A DNA stretch of 64,000 nucleotides from positions 930,001 to 994,000 of the forward strand of contig NC_134468.1 of the NCBI RefSeq assembly GCF_964194025.1, written 5' to 3'. Positions 25,387 through 39,300 of the stretch are shown here, one piece after another. The translations under genes were made by a program, and so were the position numbers. Positions within the stretch are counted from its first letter, which is position 1; each line of letters starts with the position of its first letter. Source of the stretch: Convolutriloba macropyga. Taxonomy: Eukaryota. The notes below the pieces were generated by a model. The model was not told the DNA's origin. It searched no databases and saw nothing but the letters and a program-made list of their open reading frames with translations.

Positions 25387-28300
25387 TTTGTCGTATCCTC
25401 TTTTAAAAAAAATACATCATTTTCAAATTTTTCATCTGAATTGTAATCCTTGAATAAAAAATAGTCTTTGAGTTTCCGTGGTCTTGTTATTCCCGACGCA
25501 TTTTTTGTTTGATATCGTCGATCGGTAACATTTTGCGAAGCAGAAGCCGTGCTTTCATTTGGAAATTCTTCGCCTTCACTCCTTTCGGATGTTGCCAACA
25601 GGCTATCCCGCTTCTGCTGCGTGGCTACTTTAGGCGCAGGTATCTTTGTGCTTCTGCTTTTATTGTTTGTGGTTTTTGTTTCTCTTGTACTCCCACACAT
25701 AGGTGTTTCAAACAATTCCTCCTTGACTGTCTCATTGTGAGTTTCAGTACTATGGTCCATTTGACTATTACTCCCTTCCCGTGTCATTCATTTTGAGAGT
25801 GACTACTTCAATTTCCACAAAATCATTGTCCTCCCTAATGTCATTTTGGGATATTCTCGGTTCACTCTTTGCCTTCTTAGTTTCTCTTTTATCAGTGGTA
25901 GCACTTCTACTGTTAAAACGTTTGAGTTGATCGTAGTGGAACATTTTGTGGTTTTGTCGTTTTAACATCCTCAATAACAAAGTTTCGATCGTTGATTATT
26001 TCACGTTTTACTTGCGGTCCACTATAAAACGATTCAAATTTCTTTGTCTGGTCAGCTTTCAATGTGGGGTTGAACACCATTACTAAATCACCTACCTCAT
26101 ATTTTGGTCCAAATGTGCTATGGTCACAGTAGGTTTTGTGTCTCTTTTGCTACTCATCCATGCTTTCCCGAACCACTTCATAGCACGTCTCTAGTTCGTC
26201 TTTCAGGCAACTAACGTAATCACTCAAGTTCGGGTAGATTTTGGTTTGTATTGTTTGATACATGTAATCAATCGGTAGCGCGCATGATTGTCCAAAAAGG
26301 AGGTAAAAGGGGCTGTACTTGGCAACAGAGTGACTTGATGATCTGTACGCCATCACTACTAGCTGAAAGTAGTCGCTCCAGGTGTTGTGATGTTCACACA
26401 CATATTTTGCAAGACTCTTTTCGATTATGCGATTGGTGCACTCTATCATTGCGTTTCCTTGAAGATCATAAGCTGTTATTGATGTCCTGTGAATTCCCAG
26501 CACTTTACACATGTTCTTGAAAAGATTCGAAATAAAGTTACTGCCCTTGTCGCTATGGAGATTTTCCTCACAACCAAACCTTGAAACCCATACTTTTACA
26601 GAAGCCCTAGCTACCATTTAAGCCATTTGATTGCTCATGAGAACTGCTTCATACCATTTTGTATACTGATCTCTACTTAACAGAATGTATTTGTTTCCAC
26701 TTGACTCAGGTAAATGTCCCATAATGTCCAAGGCGACTTGCCATAACGGATGACTTGGTTTCCTGTTGTCAGGCTGTGTATTTGTTTCTGGCGCGGAGAC
26801 TTCTTTTGACAGCATACTTCGCAAGAACTTACTCACTCGTGAACATCTTTTTTCATCCCGGGCCAGTAGAATCGTTCTCGAACCCGATCAAATGCCTTTG
26901 CCATACCAAAATGTCCGCAATATTTATGAAGGAAAGGTAAAATTTCTTTTAAATGTGATTTCTGAATGACTATTTGTGTTAAGTTGTTAAATTCGTCATT
27001 ACGTCTCTGTCTCTTGATTAAACCATCTTCAATCTGTAATTTTCTGATATCAGTCCAAAGTTTCCACAGTGACTTGGAGGCTCCTGCCATAGTTTTTCTT
27101 TGAGGGCGTCTCCCGTTCTCAATCTAGTTTCTTAGTATAAGGAGGTCGGCTGCATTTTTGTGACGCTCAATTAGTTGTTCAATAGATTTCCGTAGTCCAA
27201 TGGACCAGATATTTTTGTATTTCGTATTTACTTGGTTCACTTGATCGCAGTTTTTGACTTGGTCTTCAGTCTGTGGAACTCTTGACAGACAATCTGCGTG
27301 AGGGATCTTTTTTCCCCGCTTCGTGTTTGATTTCAAAATCAAACTGTCCGAGATTTTCAATCCATCTGGCCAATAATCCGTCTGGTTCCTTAAAACTATA
27401 TAACCACGTGAGGGCACTATGGTTGGTAACAATTAAAAACTTTTGTCCCAGAAGATAATTTCTGAAGTGTTGAGTAAAATAAACTATTGCAAAAAGTTCT
27501 CGTTTTGTCGCAGAATAGTTTGATTGGTTTTTGCTGAGTGCTTTGCTTGCATATGCAATAACTCTTTCACCCCATTGTTGTCTTTGTGAAATAATTGCCT
27601 CAATGCCAAACAAAGAGGCGTCGGTGGTTATCGTATAGGGATCCCGGTCATTCGGATAACCCAATATTGGTGCTTTCTGTAGTGCTTGTTTTAGTTGTTC
27701 AACTGCTGATTCACACTCTTTGCTCCAAGAAAAACATTTTTTTTGTTTAATAGCTTATAAAGCGGCTCTGCTATTTTTCCAAATTCTTGTATGAATTTTC
27801 TGTAAAGACCAACTAGACCTAATATTGCTCTCAATTCATTTATTGTTCTTGGGTTTTTCATTTTATTGACTGCCGCTACTTTCTCCTTGATTTAATGCAA
27901 TGTGTCCCAAAAAATAAATATTTTCCTGAAAAAAACTACATTTTGAGCCTTTTATTTTCAATCCAGCGTTTTTAAGTCGTCCAAGTACAAGATTTAGACG
28001 GTTGGGACGCTCCTCAAAGGATCGACCGAAGATGATTATGTCATCCAGGTATAACTAAAGCCACTTCATAGGAGAGTCGCGCCATGATCAATTCCAGTAA
28101 GTTTTGGAAAGCTCCTGGCGCTGACGCCAAACCCATGGGTAGCCTCTTCCACTTGTAGAGTCCCATTGGAGTTACAAAATTGTCAAGTTCTGAGACTCTT
28201 CATCCAGCGCCATTTGAAAAAATCACGATGTCAAATCAATATTGGAAAAGTAACAATTTCCGTCTCGAGAGTCGATAACGTCATTTATTCTTGGTAGCGG

Positions 28301-29400
28301 CCAACTAGTTTTATCGATTTGTTTGTTCAAACCCCTGTAATCTACAACCAGTCTGTAGCTGCCATCTTTGTTTTTCACCAATATTGATGTTGCTGCCCAA
28401 TACGAATGAGTTGGTTCAATTAATTTTGCTTCTTCTAGATCTTCGACTATTTTTTTCTTTGCTTTTCTTTTATCAAAAATCATACTATAATAAGTTCTTC
28501 TGAACGGCTGTGCATCTTTGTTGAGTTTAATTTGGTGTTTAATTTTGTGAAAATATCCTAAGTCATTCGCGTTTCGGGATGACACTTGTTGATGTCTCAT
28601 GAAAAATTCCAGTACTTCTCAATTCTCTTTCTGCTGGTTATCTAGATTAGAACCTTCCAAAATTGCGTGTTTTCCCATTTGAAAAATTTCCAATGTCTTT
28701 GGATTATTTTGATTTGTAAAAACTCCATTCACAACTAAGTTCTGTTTGTGTTCAAAATAGGTTCCTACTTTAGTACTTTTATACACGGTCAATGGTGCGT
28801 CCGTTAGATTTAAGACTTTTATCAAACTAGAACCATCTTTCATTGATATCATACAGGCTAAACGCAAATCATTCGTTAGTTGAAAATCTTCAATTGCTTC
28901 CACTAATCCCTCCACTCCCAGAATTTTTTCTCCGTTTTCATCAGCTAATCTAATTCTCATTAGACTGCCGTTTTTACTCTGTATATGAGTGTTTTGTCCC
29001 GCAAGTGCAAAAACCTGAACACTTTACGTTTTCTCTGTGGTAAGCGGTATTGAAATTTCAATGTGACTGCTATATAGTTTCTATTCGTGTAAGTTCAATA
29101 CACATTTATCGGTTTTCAGGAAATCAATTCCCAGCAGACATTCAATACCTTCGTCTGCCGTTATCACAAATTCTTGTTCAACCTCAGGTAGTCTTGGTTG
29201 CAACTGTACCAACAGCTTTACTCTTCCTATTTTTTACAGCTGAGTTATTGGCTGTTAACACTCGTTTTGTGTATGTGTGCACAATTCCCGGTTTGCCCAG
29301 TTTTTCTAATGTGGACCAGCTCAAAAGCGATATACTACTTTCACTGTCTATTAATCCAACGCATCTGTTCCCATGAAGTATGATTTCCGTGTTTAGGCAT
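25350..29400 (-). pseudogene. Gypsy pol (PR, RT, RNase H, integrase), disrupted
   Basis: LIDSESSIS protease relic; YRLVVDYRGLN, PLPRIND, YLDDIII; TDAS, YSATKRELFAI; integrase H...GHFG, VALDIMG, LHSDKGSNF, GPKY (GPY/F-like). Confidence 0.9.
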
Positions 29401-29479
29401 TTAATTCTGTTTGTCGAAAAAACTCTAATGATATACAGTTGTTGCTGGTTTTCTTTTTAAAAGGCCAGTTTCTGTAAAA

Positions 29480-30408
29480 GTGTTGGGAACTTCCACATAG
29501 GAAACAATTTCGACAATTCCTCAATTTGTGTCCTTCTTGTCCATAGGCTCTACACTTGAAACCCTGCCTGTCGTTCCTCCTAGACGGTTCATATATTCCG
29601 AAAGATCTGTCTCGGTGACTATGTCCTGGCGTTAGAAATAGCCGCCGATCGTTGAGCCCACGATCTTGTTGCTGTCCTCTATCACTTCTATCGTCACCCC
29701 ATCGTCCCCGGGAATTGCTTTGCTCCCTAGATATGTTTCAACGATTTTCTCGCTGTTTGTCATCTACTGGCAATTGGTTCACAAGCTTGGTGGCGGCCTC
29801 CACTAAATCTTTTGCTTCGTTCCGTCTAATTACCGCAACTTTTGATGTTTGCTCTTCCTCTTCTATTCATGTTACAACTTCTAGATGCAATGCTCGTTCC
29901 AAAACTGTTTCAATTTCCATATCCTTGTTGCTGATTTGCTTTCTGAAATCCAACCTCACCTGACTATGGTTGATTCCTTCTAGAAATCCTCTCAGAACGA
30001 GATGGTCTCTAATGTCCTGCGACTCCGTTGGGTAAGCTTTCAAAGCCAACTGCTTTAAATCTTCCAGAAAATCTGTCAGTTTTTCTCCTGGTGGCTGTAC
30101 AAGGCAAGCTAGCCGTCCCCGGAAAACAACCGGTTTTTCGCTATAGTGTTCTCGGAAAGGTTGAACGCATTCATCATAATTTCCTCTTGTAGCTTGCGAT
30201 AGAGTGCGATAGAACTCTAGGGCAGATTTTTGTAAGCCAAGTGCAAAATAATGCGGCCGTTCATTAACTTCGCGGGCCGGATCTCCTTCATTTCTTTTCC
30301 ACTTTTGTAGTTCCGTTAATAGCTCAAAATGCGTCAAATAGCTTTCCAATTGTCTGAACCGGTAAAAGCTTCCGGTAATAGCATTCTAGAGGTCGAGCCA
30401 GTTGCCAT
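29480..30408 (-). pseudogene. Gypsy gag (capsid plus degenerate zinc knuckles)
   Basis: MATGSTSRMLLPEAFTG.., ESYLTHFELL, QPPGEKLTDFLEDLKQLALKAYP, LRGFLEGI; knuckle remnants near 29480-29560; frameshifted. Confidence 0.8.
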
Positions 30409-31439
30409 TTTACTGTTCCCCTACTTGTATCGTGCCTTTTTAAAACTTTGTTTAGTTGTTGAAAATAATATTTTCTATAAATTACCAAGTAGATTGTCAC
30501 TGGTAGGTGTTTTCTATTTTAATCTTTGAATTTCAATAACACTCTCTTTATTTTAATGTTTAAAAACGTTTGTTTATAAAACCAAACGCTTATTTCAATA
30601 CAATATTTCCTTGTTACATTTTTTTAAATCTAACGAAGTTTTAAGTTTTAATTTACAGTCTTATAGATGACTGTCCCATCTAAAGTTTCTTTATTATTTT
30701 AATATGATACTAGCTGATCTCCGATTTTTCTTGTTTTTTTGATGTTTATAATATTTCTTTCTAATTACGACAAGGATGATATTAGGTGCTTCAATTTTTT
30801 ACTTTCTCCTGCTTATTGTTACCCGGTTAACTTTTTTTTCGCTGTTTTTTTGTTTTTTTCTAATTAATGGTAGTTTCAGAAAAAAGTCAATATATGATTT
30901 TCAGAGTACAAAACAACGCAATTGCTTTAATTGACTTTACAACGCAAGTATCCTGCAGTTTATTTCGACCGATGGTTATACCGCTCGCTATCTACGAGTC
31001 AATTTTGCAACTAAGATCGAAAGAAAAAAAATATTTCCTAGACTAACAAGACTAACGCAGTGGCAATCCGTTTCAATTACCAACGCCAACAACTAGAGAA
31101 AAATATTTATTTCTAATCACTTGGTAAGATGCGGTCTTTCCACACAGGCAATTTTCTCTATTCACCAACGAGTAAAAGTTAGCCCCACGCGATTAAGTTC
31201 TCACTTTTGAAAATTGACTTCCTGCGATTGATTCCGCTGTGACTTCTGCAACTAACTCCCGCAAACACTGGTGGAAATTGGTGATTTGTTATCCCAAATC
31301 TTGTGTTTGTGTATTTATCTCGAGATTAATTCGATTCTCGAGTTCTCGGGATTAAAGTGCTTTTTATGTGCGTCTTCCTACAGAAAAATTCGTTAAAGTT
31401 TTCAAAATGTAAACTTTTTTAAAATCTCTGTCGCCAGAG

Positions 31440-31797
31440 TGATATCCGTGCACTGTGTACGGTTAAGGGTTGGGTTGGGGGTTTTCTTAAGCACTTTAAA
31501 CCTCGGGGTTACTGATGAAAATCCTCTAAGTCTAAGACTTTAATTTAAATATGAAGGTGTTAAAATTCAAACGGTTCAATATAGAGTTAGAATTAATGAT
31601 TGGAAATACAATAAGTTAAAAAAGATGAGAAGGTGTAAAGCTATTAAGAGAAAGGCAGCTCAATTATAGGAGGCTTAGTTTTGAATGTTCTTTGGTTTCG
31701 GTCCTATCAATAGTTCATTAATCTTAGGTTAATTTTACCCATATTTCACAATTTATTTTATGAGCATGTGATACATTAGGTTCTATGTTTTACTACA
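31440..31797 (-). repeat. 5' LTR of the Gypsy element (358 bp, internal deletion relative to the 3' LTR)
   Basis: TG...CA termini. Followed on the minus strand, after 3 nt, by the PBS-like TGGCGACAGAG (31436 downward). Confidence 0.88.
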
Positions 31798-32499
31798 GAT
31801 AGAACAGAAGGAGAGCGAAAGCAACTCGACACCTAAGGAAAAACTTCAGAAAGTAACGATTAGTATATGTGAAATCAAGGAGTTGAACACTAACCAATAC
31901 GTTGAACATTAGTAGAGTTTCGCCGTAATTGTCAAAAGAGTTATTAAATAACAGATAGAGCAGAAGAAGCGGTCCAACATCTTGAACTCTAACTACCCAG
32001 CCTGATCCTACCAATGTAGAAACTGATGACAAATTACCTGTATCTGAAACAGAAACTGCTCTCAATATCCCCATAAAGTTCGATTTTCAAAGAATAGGTA
32101 AACTCAACAGAGACGATAAACAGCTATAACGCATACGGTGCGAAACGGATAAAATGAAATGGGATTAATTTTGAAGCGCAAAATTTCCAAAGAGACTGAG
32201 CGCTTTGAATCTGTATACCTACATCCGGACATCGCAACATCTGGAAGAGAGGTCCGAAGGGAATTAAGAAAATAAAATGACTAACGATCTAACGAATAAA
32301 TTGAGTCAGTTTCCAGACGAGCAATTCAAAATAAAGGGTAATCTAATAATTCAAATGAGATCGTCATGAACAAGCGTATGTCTTTGGAACGTCAGAGAAG
32401 TAAGAACAAATTTGAAATTAGCCTTGAATGAAGATCTAAAAAGACTTTCTAATTCTGACGGACACATTCAGTACCACATCACTGAATATACAGAATTTC

Positions 32500-34717
32500 A
32501 CGTAATCTTTTACTCAGTGTAGCCAATGTCAACGCGGTGCCTTGTGAATATGTTGTTTTGCATATGCCTTGAGAATACGCCTTGTGAATATGTCAGACTC
32601 TATGTCATTGTCATAGAATATACAGGCCTGTTTGAGTATACAGGTCGGTTTGTGTCTGGTGTCAATTTGACAGAGAACTTTTGAGTATAGCCAATGTCAA
32701 GGCAGTATCTTGTGAATATGTCATTGAAATCCATTAGAAGCTGTTCTGATCCTTCCTTGTCTTTGACAGAGAGTACACTGTCGCTCCTTTTGAACGAGTT
32801 CAGTAAAGATTTCCTTTCTTGGTTTTCCGACAGTGGTTCAATGGCTTCAATGTTTTTGACCTTGACGAGCTCGTCATATATGCGTTATTCAACTGCACTC
32901 ATCTTGAATGTGTCCAGATTGGGTTCTGCGGTAGGAAAACAAAACGCGTGTTTTTTGTTATGTGATCTATTTTGCCTTTTGCTGTTCTCTCTGTAGATTT
33001 TTCTATTTGTTTTACTGTTTTCTTTGAATTGCTTGTTTGGAAAAATTTTGACTCAAGTGGTTTCAGGTAGCGAGCTTCCTCTGGTGTGATAATTTGGAAT
33101 GTTGGTACTGGAGAATTTTGTCTAATGTGAGGTATAAATTCTGTTATATTGATTGCAAGTAGGGTGGTAAATTGGATCTTTATAAGTTTGTCAAGCGTGT
33201 TTGTTAGACCAAGGCCCAGTTTTTCAAATTTGACAGTACGCTCTACTAGTCCAATTTGTTCTTATTCATGAAAATCCTCTGATTGGATTTGTTATAGAGA
33301 TTTTTGTTCTCCGGATGAGAAAGTATATGTTGTTCTGGTTATGAGCATGATTTTTTTTCTGGCTGTTGAGAAGTTTTTGTTTGCTGATGTGTATGTTTTA
33401 TGTGCATAATTTTTATCTGAAAACTAATTTTCGGTGTTTGAAGTACTCTGTTGTGGGCATCAATAATAATCTCATTTTTGTCAAAGATGAAAAACAAAGA
33501 AAAACAGTGGAAAATTTTTCAAACCTCTGAACTGTTCCTAAAATGTAAATGGCGGATTGTAATTACAGGAGGATTTTTTTCTGGTTTCTTGTAGAGGTTT
33601 CTGCGTATTCTATCAAAATCTTCTTTGAAATGGCGCTGCTGAATGCTCCAGTGTCTGCTTTTGCAATCATTAACAAGGTTTTGAACTGCAGAGTTTTTAT
33701 AAATACATTTTCGCTATAGTTTATGCTAACGGCTAAATATATAAAGGGAAAAACATGCAAACTATTTGTTTTTTAAAATTGATTCAATGGCATATTTCAA
33801 TCGCGGTACGCTGGTTAACGTTCTGAATCGTCTCTGGCAGTGTAATTATTGCTACCACATGTTATGCAATATGTTCTCATTTGTGTAGGAGATCTTTCTT
33901 TACGTCCATTACTTCGGTTGTTTCGCTGGAAAATTACTATTCCTCTCGAATAATTTCCGCGACCTCTCTGAAAGTGTCTCGGATCACGTCCTTTTGCTGT
34001 TGTAGTTCTTACCGTTTTCTCGGCCATTTTGGCTTCTATTATGATGGTTCGTTCGTCTGTTGTAATTGTAGCCTCTGTATTTAATTCCTCTGCTGTATCG
34101 AGCGTACTGAGTACTCTCAACACGCTGATGCGCTTACTATGCTACCTGCACTATGGATTGTACCACTGCAGGTTTTCCTGATGCGCTTAAAACAATGAAA
34201 AAAAAATGTATATTGTGGATCTGGGCTTATCTGAGCAATTCGGAACTGTCCTTTGATGATAGCGCACAGTTAAATTACAGTGATGTTGTCATTTTCTTCC
34301 AGCAATAATTGTTTGTACTTGAAGGCTATGCCTTGCATGAATTGTTTTCTTGTTTGTCTCGTTCTTTCGTCAATGTGGTCGGGTCTATGTGAGCTGCAAT
34401 GCCTTCCAAAATTACGAAGTTGGTGAGGCCTTGCAGATTTGTGAGGAAGTCATAAGGTTGCTCTTTTACCGGATCCAACATTCTTGATTGAAGATCGAGT
34501 TGGCTAGGTCGTTTCATGTGTTTTTGGCGAATCCAAAGTAATAAGTGAATTGCCAGCTAAGAGTATTTTGAGACATAGTGCACGTTTTTGATTTGCTTCC
34601 GGAAATCCAGATACAAACAATGGCTGTCGTCAACGTTCTTTCATATTCTGACCAGTTTTCATTTGGTAGTCCTGAGAATTTGTTCAAATGTAAGTGAGGC
34701 GGACTTGGATATGCCAT
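32500..34717 (-). pseudogene. Second, heavily decayed Gypsy-like gag-protease relic
   Basis: MAYPSPPHLHLNKFSGLPNENWSEYE gag start, an RG-rich tract with a CITCGSNNY knuckle relic, and an ADTGAFSSAIS aspartic protease motif. Confidence 0.55.
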
Positions 34718-36389
34718 TTTATTTTAGTCAGTTTGTTAATGAAGTGTTTTTGTGGAAGGAGAAATTTGTGCGCTTCTCCAATTCAACTGTGTCACAGAGT
34801 TCTCAGTGTAGGCTGTTTAGTCAGTCTTTTTTGTTCTTCTTAGCAGGATTTTGACTTACTTTTTTATCGATTGTTTTGTCGTTGAATAATACGAAGGGCT
34901 TTCTAGGTTGATGACCTTCCATTAGTCATAAAAGTGTTGTCTTAGCTTGCGTGGTATACTTTTTTTGCTAGCAAAGCAAAGATGTTGATTGCTCATTTAA
35001 TTTTGAATGCGTAGAATTGGTCTTTGTTTGTGTGCTTGTAGTGTGGGAATTCTTTTATTTTGAAAAAAAATGTAAAATTCTGAGTTCCTTGTAATACGGA
35101 TCCGTTCAATGTCGGATTGATTGTCTTCTTGTGAGATAAAATAAAAGCTAATGGCAGTGTTTGTTTTCCTGATGATTCAAAATTTGTAAGTTTTTCCGTT
35201 AATGAGTAATTCCATGAGGTGCAAAATTTTCCCACTTTTTAACAGAAGGAAGCGTTAAAAATTTGTGTTGCCATATGATAACACTCCTCTTTTGATTTTT
35301 TTTCTGTCTTTCAGAAGCTGCTTTGTAGATGCTTGTGCAAAGTGCTCGATTAAATGAAGACTGAGTTATTGTTGCAAACTCGTTTCTAATAAAGTCTATC
35401 AATTGAGGTTTTTGCTGTTTTATTTAGCGCGCGGGTTCTGTAAAAACGCTGTTTTTCTTTTAAAAGGATTTTTACTCAAGTATTTTTGTAATCGACTGAA
35501 ATGTAGTGAGCAGATTCAACTGAGTGAGTTTCAAAATATTAAAAAGCTTAATGAATAACACTACAAATGTTTTTCAACCGTCATATCACTATCGTCATAT
35601 TGACTTTGGGAAAAATTACACTAAGAAGTTTAATTATTCACTAATCGAGATGTTGTTCTTGTTTTGACAAACCAAGTGACTATCAAGTTGCAAAAAAGCG
35701 ATGATTTAGGTGCATTAAAGGCCCAAAAAAATCCTTGTCACAGCTATATCAGTAACCAGAAAAATGTGCTGTCCAAAACTACAAAAACTGAAAGCAGAAG
35801 GAACTGCTGTACTGTTTATGCGGCTAAAGACTGGAACAATCTACCCGAACAGGTTACCAAGACTAGAAGGGTTCTGGGTTGACCTCCATACACTCATTTG
35901 AGATATGGAACGGCACAATGGAGCTGGTTCAAGAGGCAACGCCTGCCAACTGGATAACCTGGTCTGACCTGCGAGTGAAGAAAAAGCACCTGAATCCCAA
36001 AATCTTTTACTGGAAAAATTTTATCACTCTGAAGAAAGAACTGAGTATATAATAAATAATTATTTAAAGCAAACATTTTTGCTATAACTAGCAACATGAT
36101 GTTATGAAATTTTAACAACTGAAAGTTGGAGTGTTTGAAACAAAAATGATATAAATTTATCTTGTGAGCTTTTCACAATAAAAAGTACACAAAACATGTA
36201 ATTTAAATTAAAGGGTACTTTTTTCTAATTTGGTTGCAGGTTTGGGCCTTCTTTGCTGTTTTTCGCACCTTTTAATAATTTATTCCATTTCTTTGAACGG
36301 ACCTCTCTTATTTAAAATTTTGCAATGAACTCGAATTTGATTTCAGCAACATGTAATTTTCAAAAAGGCCATATGGGTGCATATAGACC

Positions 36390-39300
36390 AATGTTTGAGT
36401 GTTAGCTCTCTGCTCCTTTGTTCATCACGCGTTTTGAGCGCCGGCTTTCGCTGCGCAACGTAAATTGCTTCCAGTGTCATTAGCTTTTAGAACTCGTTGC
36501 ATTGATAAATGACACGTCGCTCAAAAACCCGCGAAGAGCCAAAATATTTACTCACCTGTTGTTCAACTGCGGAGTATATTATTTGATGCTCTGCTTTGCT
36601 TGATAGGTAGAATTACATCCACTACAACTTTCTGGTAAACCACATGAGACTTCAGATGTTTCTCAAACCCCGATTTCAAGTTTGCTAAGCATGCCTTGAG
36701 CTTGCAGTTTGTGAAAATCGCATTTATATCTGCTGCACTATTTAGTTTTTCCTTAAACCTTAGGCTAAGGTTACTTCTGTATTGCAGAAATAACGAAGGT
36801 ATTCCATTGTCCTTTTTCCTTAATGATTCATTTGAGGTGATTTTGTGCGACAGGCTTGTTCATCTTTTGATTGTGTTTACATTTTTTCTAACGTTTCATT
36901 TAATACTTTGGAAGTCCAACTCTCTGGATTTTGAGTTTTTAGCCAAATTATTTATCAGATTTTAGAGTTTTCTCAAAGTTTTTCCAATTAATCGTGCAGC
37001 GCACTAGCCTACGGATTTTCTTTTCGATATTATTCCTCTTCTGTTGAAGCGGTACAAACTTCAGAAATTAAGGAGAGTACCAATGTCTGTTGATTAAGGT
37101 TGCCTCTGTTGCCTCTGCGGTGCACAACTTCGGAAGTTAATAATTTTACTAAGGTCTGTTGGTTTTTGGTACCATTTACAAATATCAATTTTTGTTCATT
37201 GGGGTGCATTGTCATATCCAAAACCGCCACTTCGCGCTTATCATTTAAATATTAAAGAGTAAATTTCAAATTCGGATGCAAATCATTGACCTCTTGTAGC
37301 AATTTAAAGGGGTCATCTTTTGCGGTACAAGAAATTTCATCTACATATCTTTCAAAAACTTTACGTTTTCTGCCATAGTCTTTTTGGCATATTTTTGCAG
37401 TTCAAACTTATCCAAACAACAACCCCAAATTTTTCAAATCGCTCTTAGAATATATTTTGACTTTTGATATGGTACCAGTTTTGGCATTTTTTACACTCGC
37501 CAGCTTGCTGTTCCAAGCAATCTTTCGATCGCAATCTGGACATCTTTTCTTTGGGATCTTTGCTTCTCACACTCGGTGTTTGACTTTTACCACTCATTTT
37601 TTCTTCAAAGATTTTCATCCAAATGTTAGCTAAGACAACTGCTAGGGATGCATCCATTACCAGGTTGTCTTGCTGACAGTACCAGATATCGTTGTTTTGA
37701 AATGAACATTGGTGACTGCCAATGTTTTTCTCAAAAAGTTAATCACTCTGGATAATGATTCATCCCGTGACAAAATAGTAGTGTGAAACAAAACAATTTT
37801 TCAATTAAAACTTACTTCCGATATTTAAAAGAATCGTTCTTGAACATTACTTCATCGTCAGGTTAAATGTGTTTCACAAATTGTTGAAGGATAAAATGAA
37901 TATGTACTTACATTTTTCTGACACCACAATTCTCGGAACTATTCTAGAAAACTCATATGAAATATTTAGCCTAATTACATTCATAGTTCCATCTGCTATC
38001 AATTTCTTTGAAAACTTTCCTATTCCAGATTTTTTGAATTTGGTATTGTTTTTTTTATTTCTGGGGCTATTCCAAATTTGCCCTAACCCTAATAATATCT
38101 GTTGTGGAGGTTTTGCAATTTTTTTTGCCATGCACAAATTGTTTTTGGCCCAATGTACCCTTATCTAGTCAAAATTATGATTTGAAATAATATTTTAGCG
38201 TGAGTTCCCGCCACCTATATTCATCGCGTGTGTTTAGTGCCGGCTTCAGCTTGCTGATGTATATAGCTTCGATAGTAATTAGCTTCTATACTGTGCGAAA
38301 GGCATCCAGAATTTTTCATTCAATGCCTTTAGTGGAGTCACTACATTCAACAATATGTTAACCCAATTGTGACTCATTCTTTTGATGTTCTGATATCCTA
38401 GTGGTAACATGACGGCTTGCTTACCTTACAAAGATGGATCCACATTCATTACATTTTATCTCGTATACCACTTGGGATTTCAGGTCTCTATCGAAAGATG
38501 ATTTCAAGGTGGGGAGTCATGAGCTTAATTTTCGCGTTATAGAAACCACTTGCAAATGATTTCTATAGAAACCACTTGCATAGTTTCCTCAAGTTGCTTG
38601 CAAAGTTTTGATTAAGGTTGCCTCTGTTGCCTCTGCTGTGCACAACTTCGGAAGTTGATGATATTACCAAGGGCTGTAGGTTTTTGGTACCGTTTACAAA
38701 TATCAATTTTTGTTCATTGGCGTGCATTGCCGAATACAAAACCGCCTATTCGTGCTTATCATTTAAAGTGTCAATAGTGAATTTCAAATTCGGATGCAAA
38801 TCGTTGACCTCTTGTAGCAGTTCAGAGGGGTCATCTTTTGCGGTACAAGAAGGGTCATCTACATATCTTTCAAAAATTTTATGTTTTCTGCCATAGTCAC
38901 CTTCTGGCATATTTTTGCAGTTTAGACGTATGCAAACGACAATTCCTACTTTTTCGTACCAATCTTTGTCTATATTTTGGAATTTGATAATTTGATATAA
39001 TACCAGTTTTCGCATTTTTTACACTCGATAGCTATATTGCTCCAAGCAATCTTTCGATCTCAATCTGGACATTTTTCTTTGGGATCTTTATTTCTCACTC
39101 TCGATGTTTGACTTTCGTCACTCAATTTTTGTTCAAAGGATTTCATCCAAATATTAGCTAAGACAACTGCTAGGGATACACCCATTGCCAGTCTGTCTTT
39201 CTGACAGTACCAGTTATTGTTGCTTTTGATATGAATATTGGTGACTGCCAATGTTCTTTCAAAAAATAATCACTCTCGTTAACGATTCATCCCCTGACAA

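Larger units (their letters stand above)
21789..31797 (-). mobile_element. Gypsy/Ty3 LTR retrotransposon with env-like gene (decayed, full length)
   Basis: Two homologous LTRs, a PBS and a PPT. Minus-strand order is gag-PR-RT-RNaseH-IN-env (Gypsy order). No matching TSD seen. Confidence 0.92.

Noticed and set aside
21783-31803. Target-site duplication for the Gypsy element
   Set aside because: Flanks (TTTC versus GATA) do not match, and the LTRs are diverged, so none is claimed.
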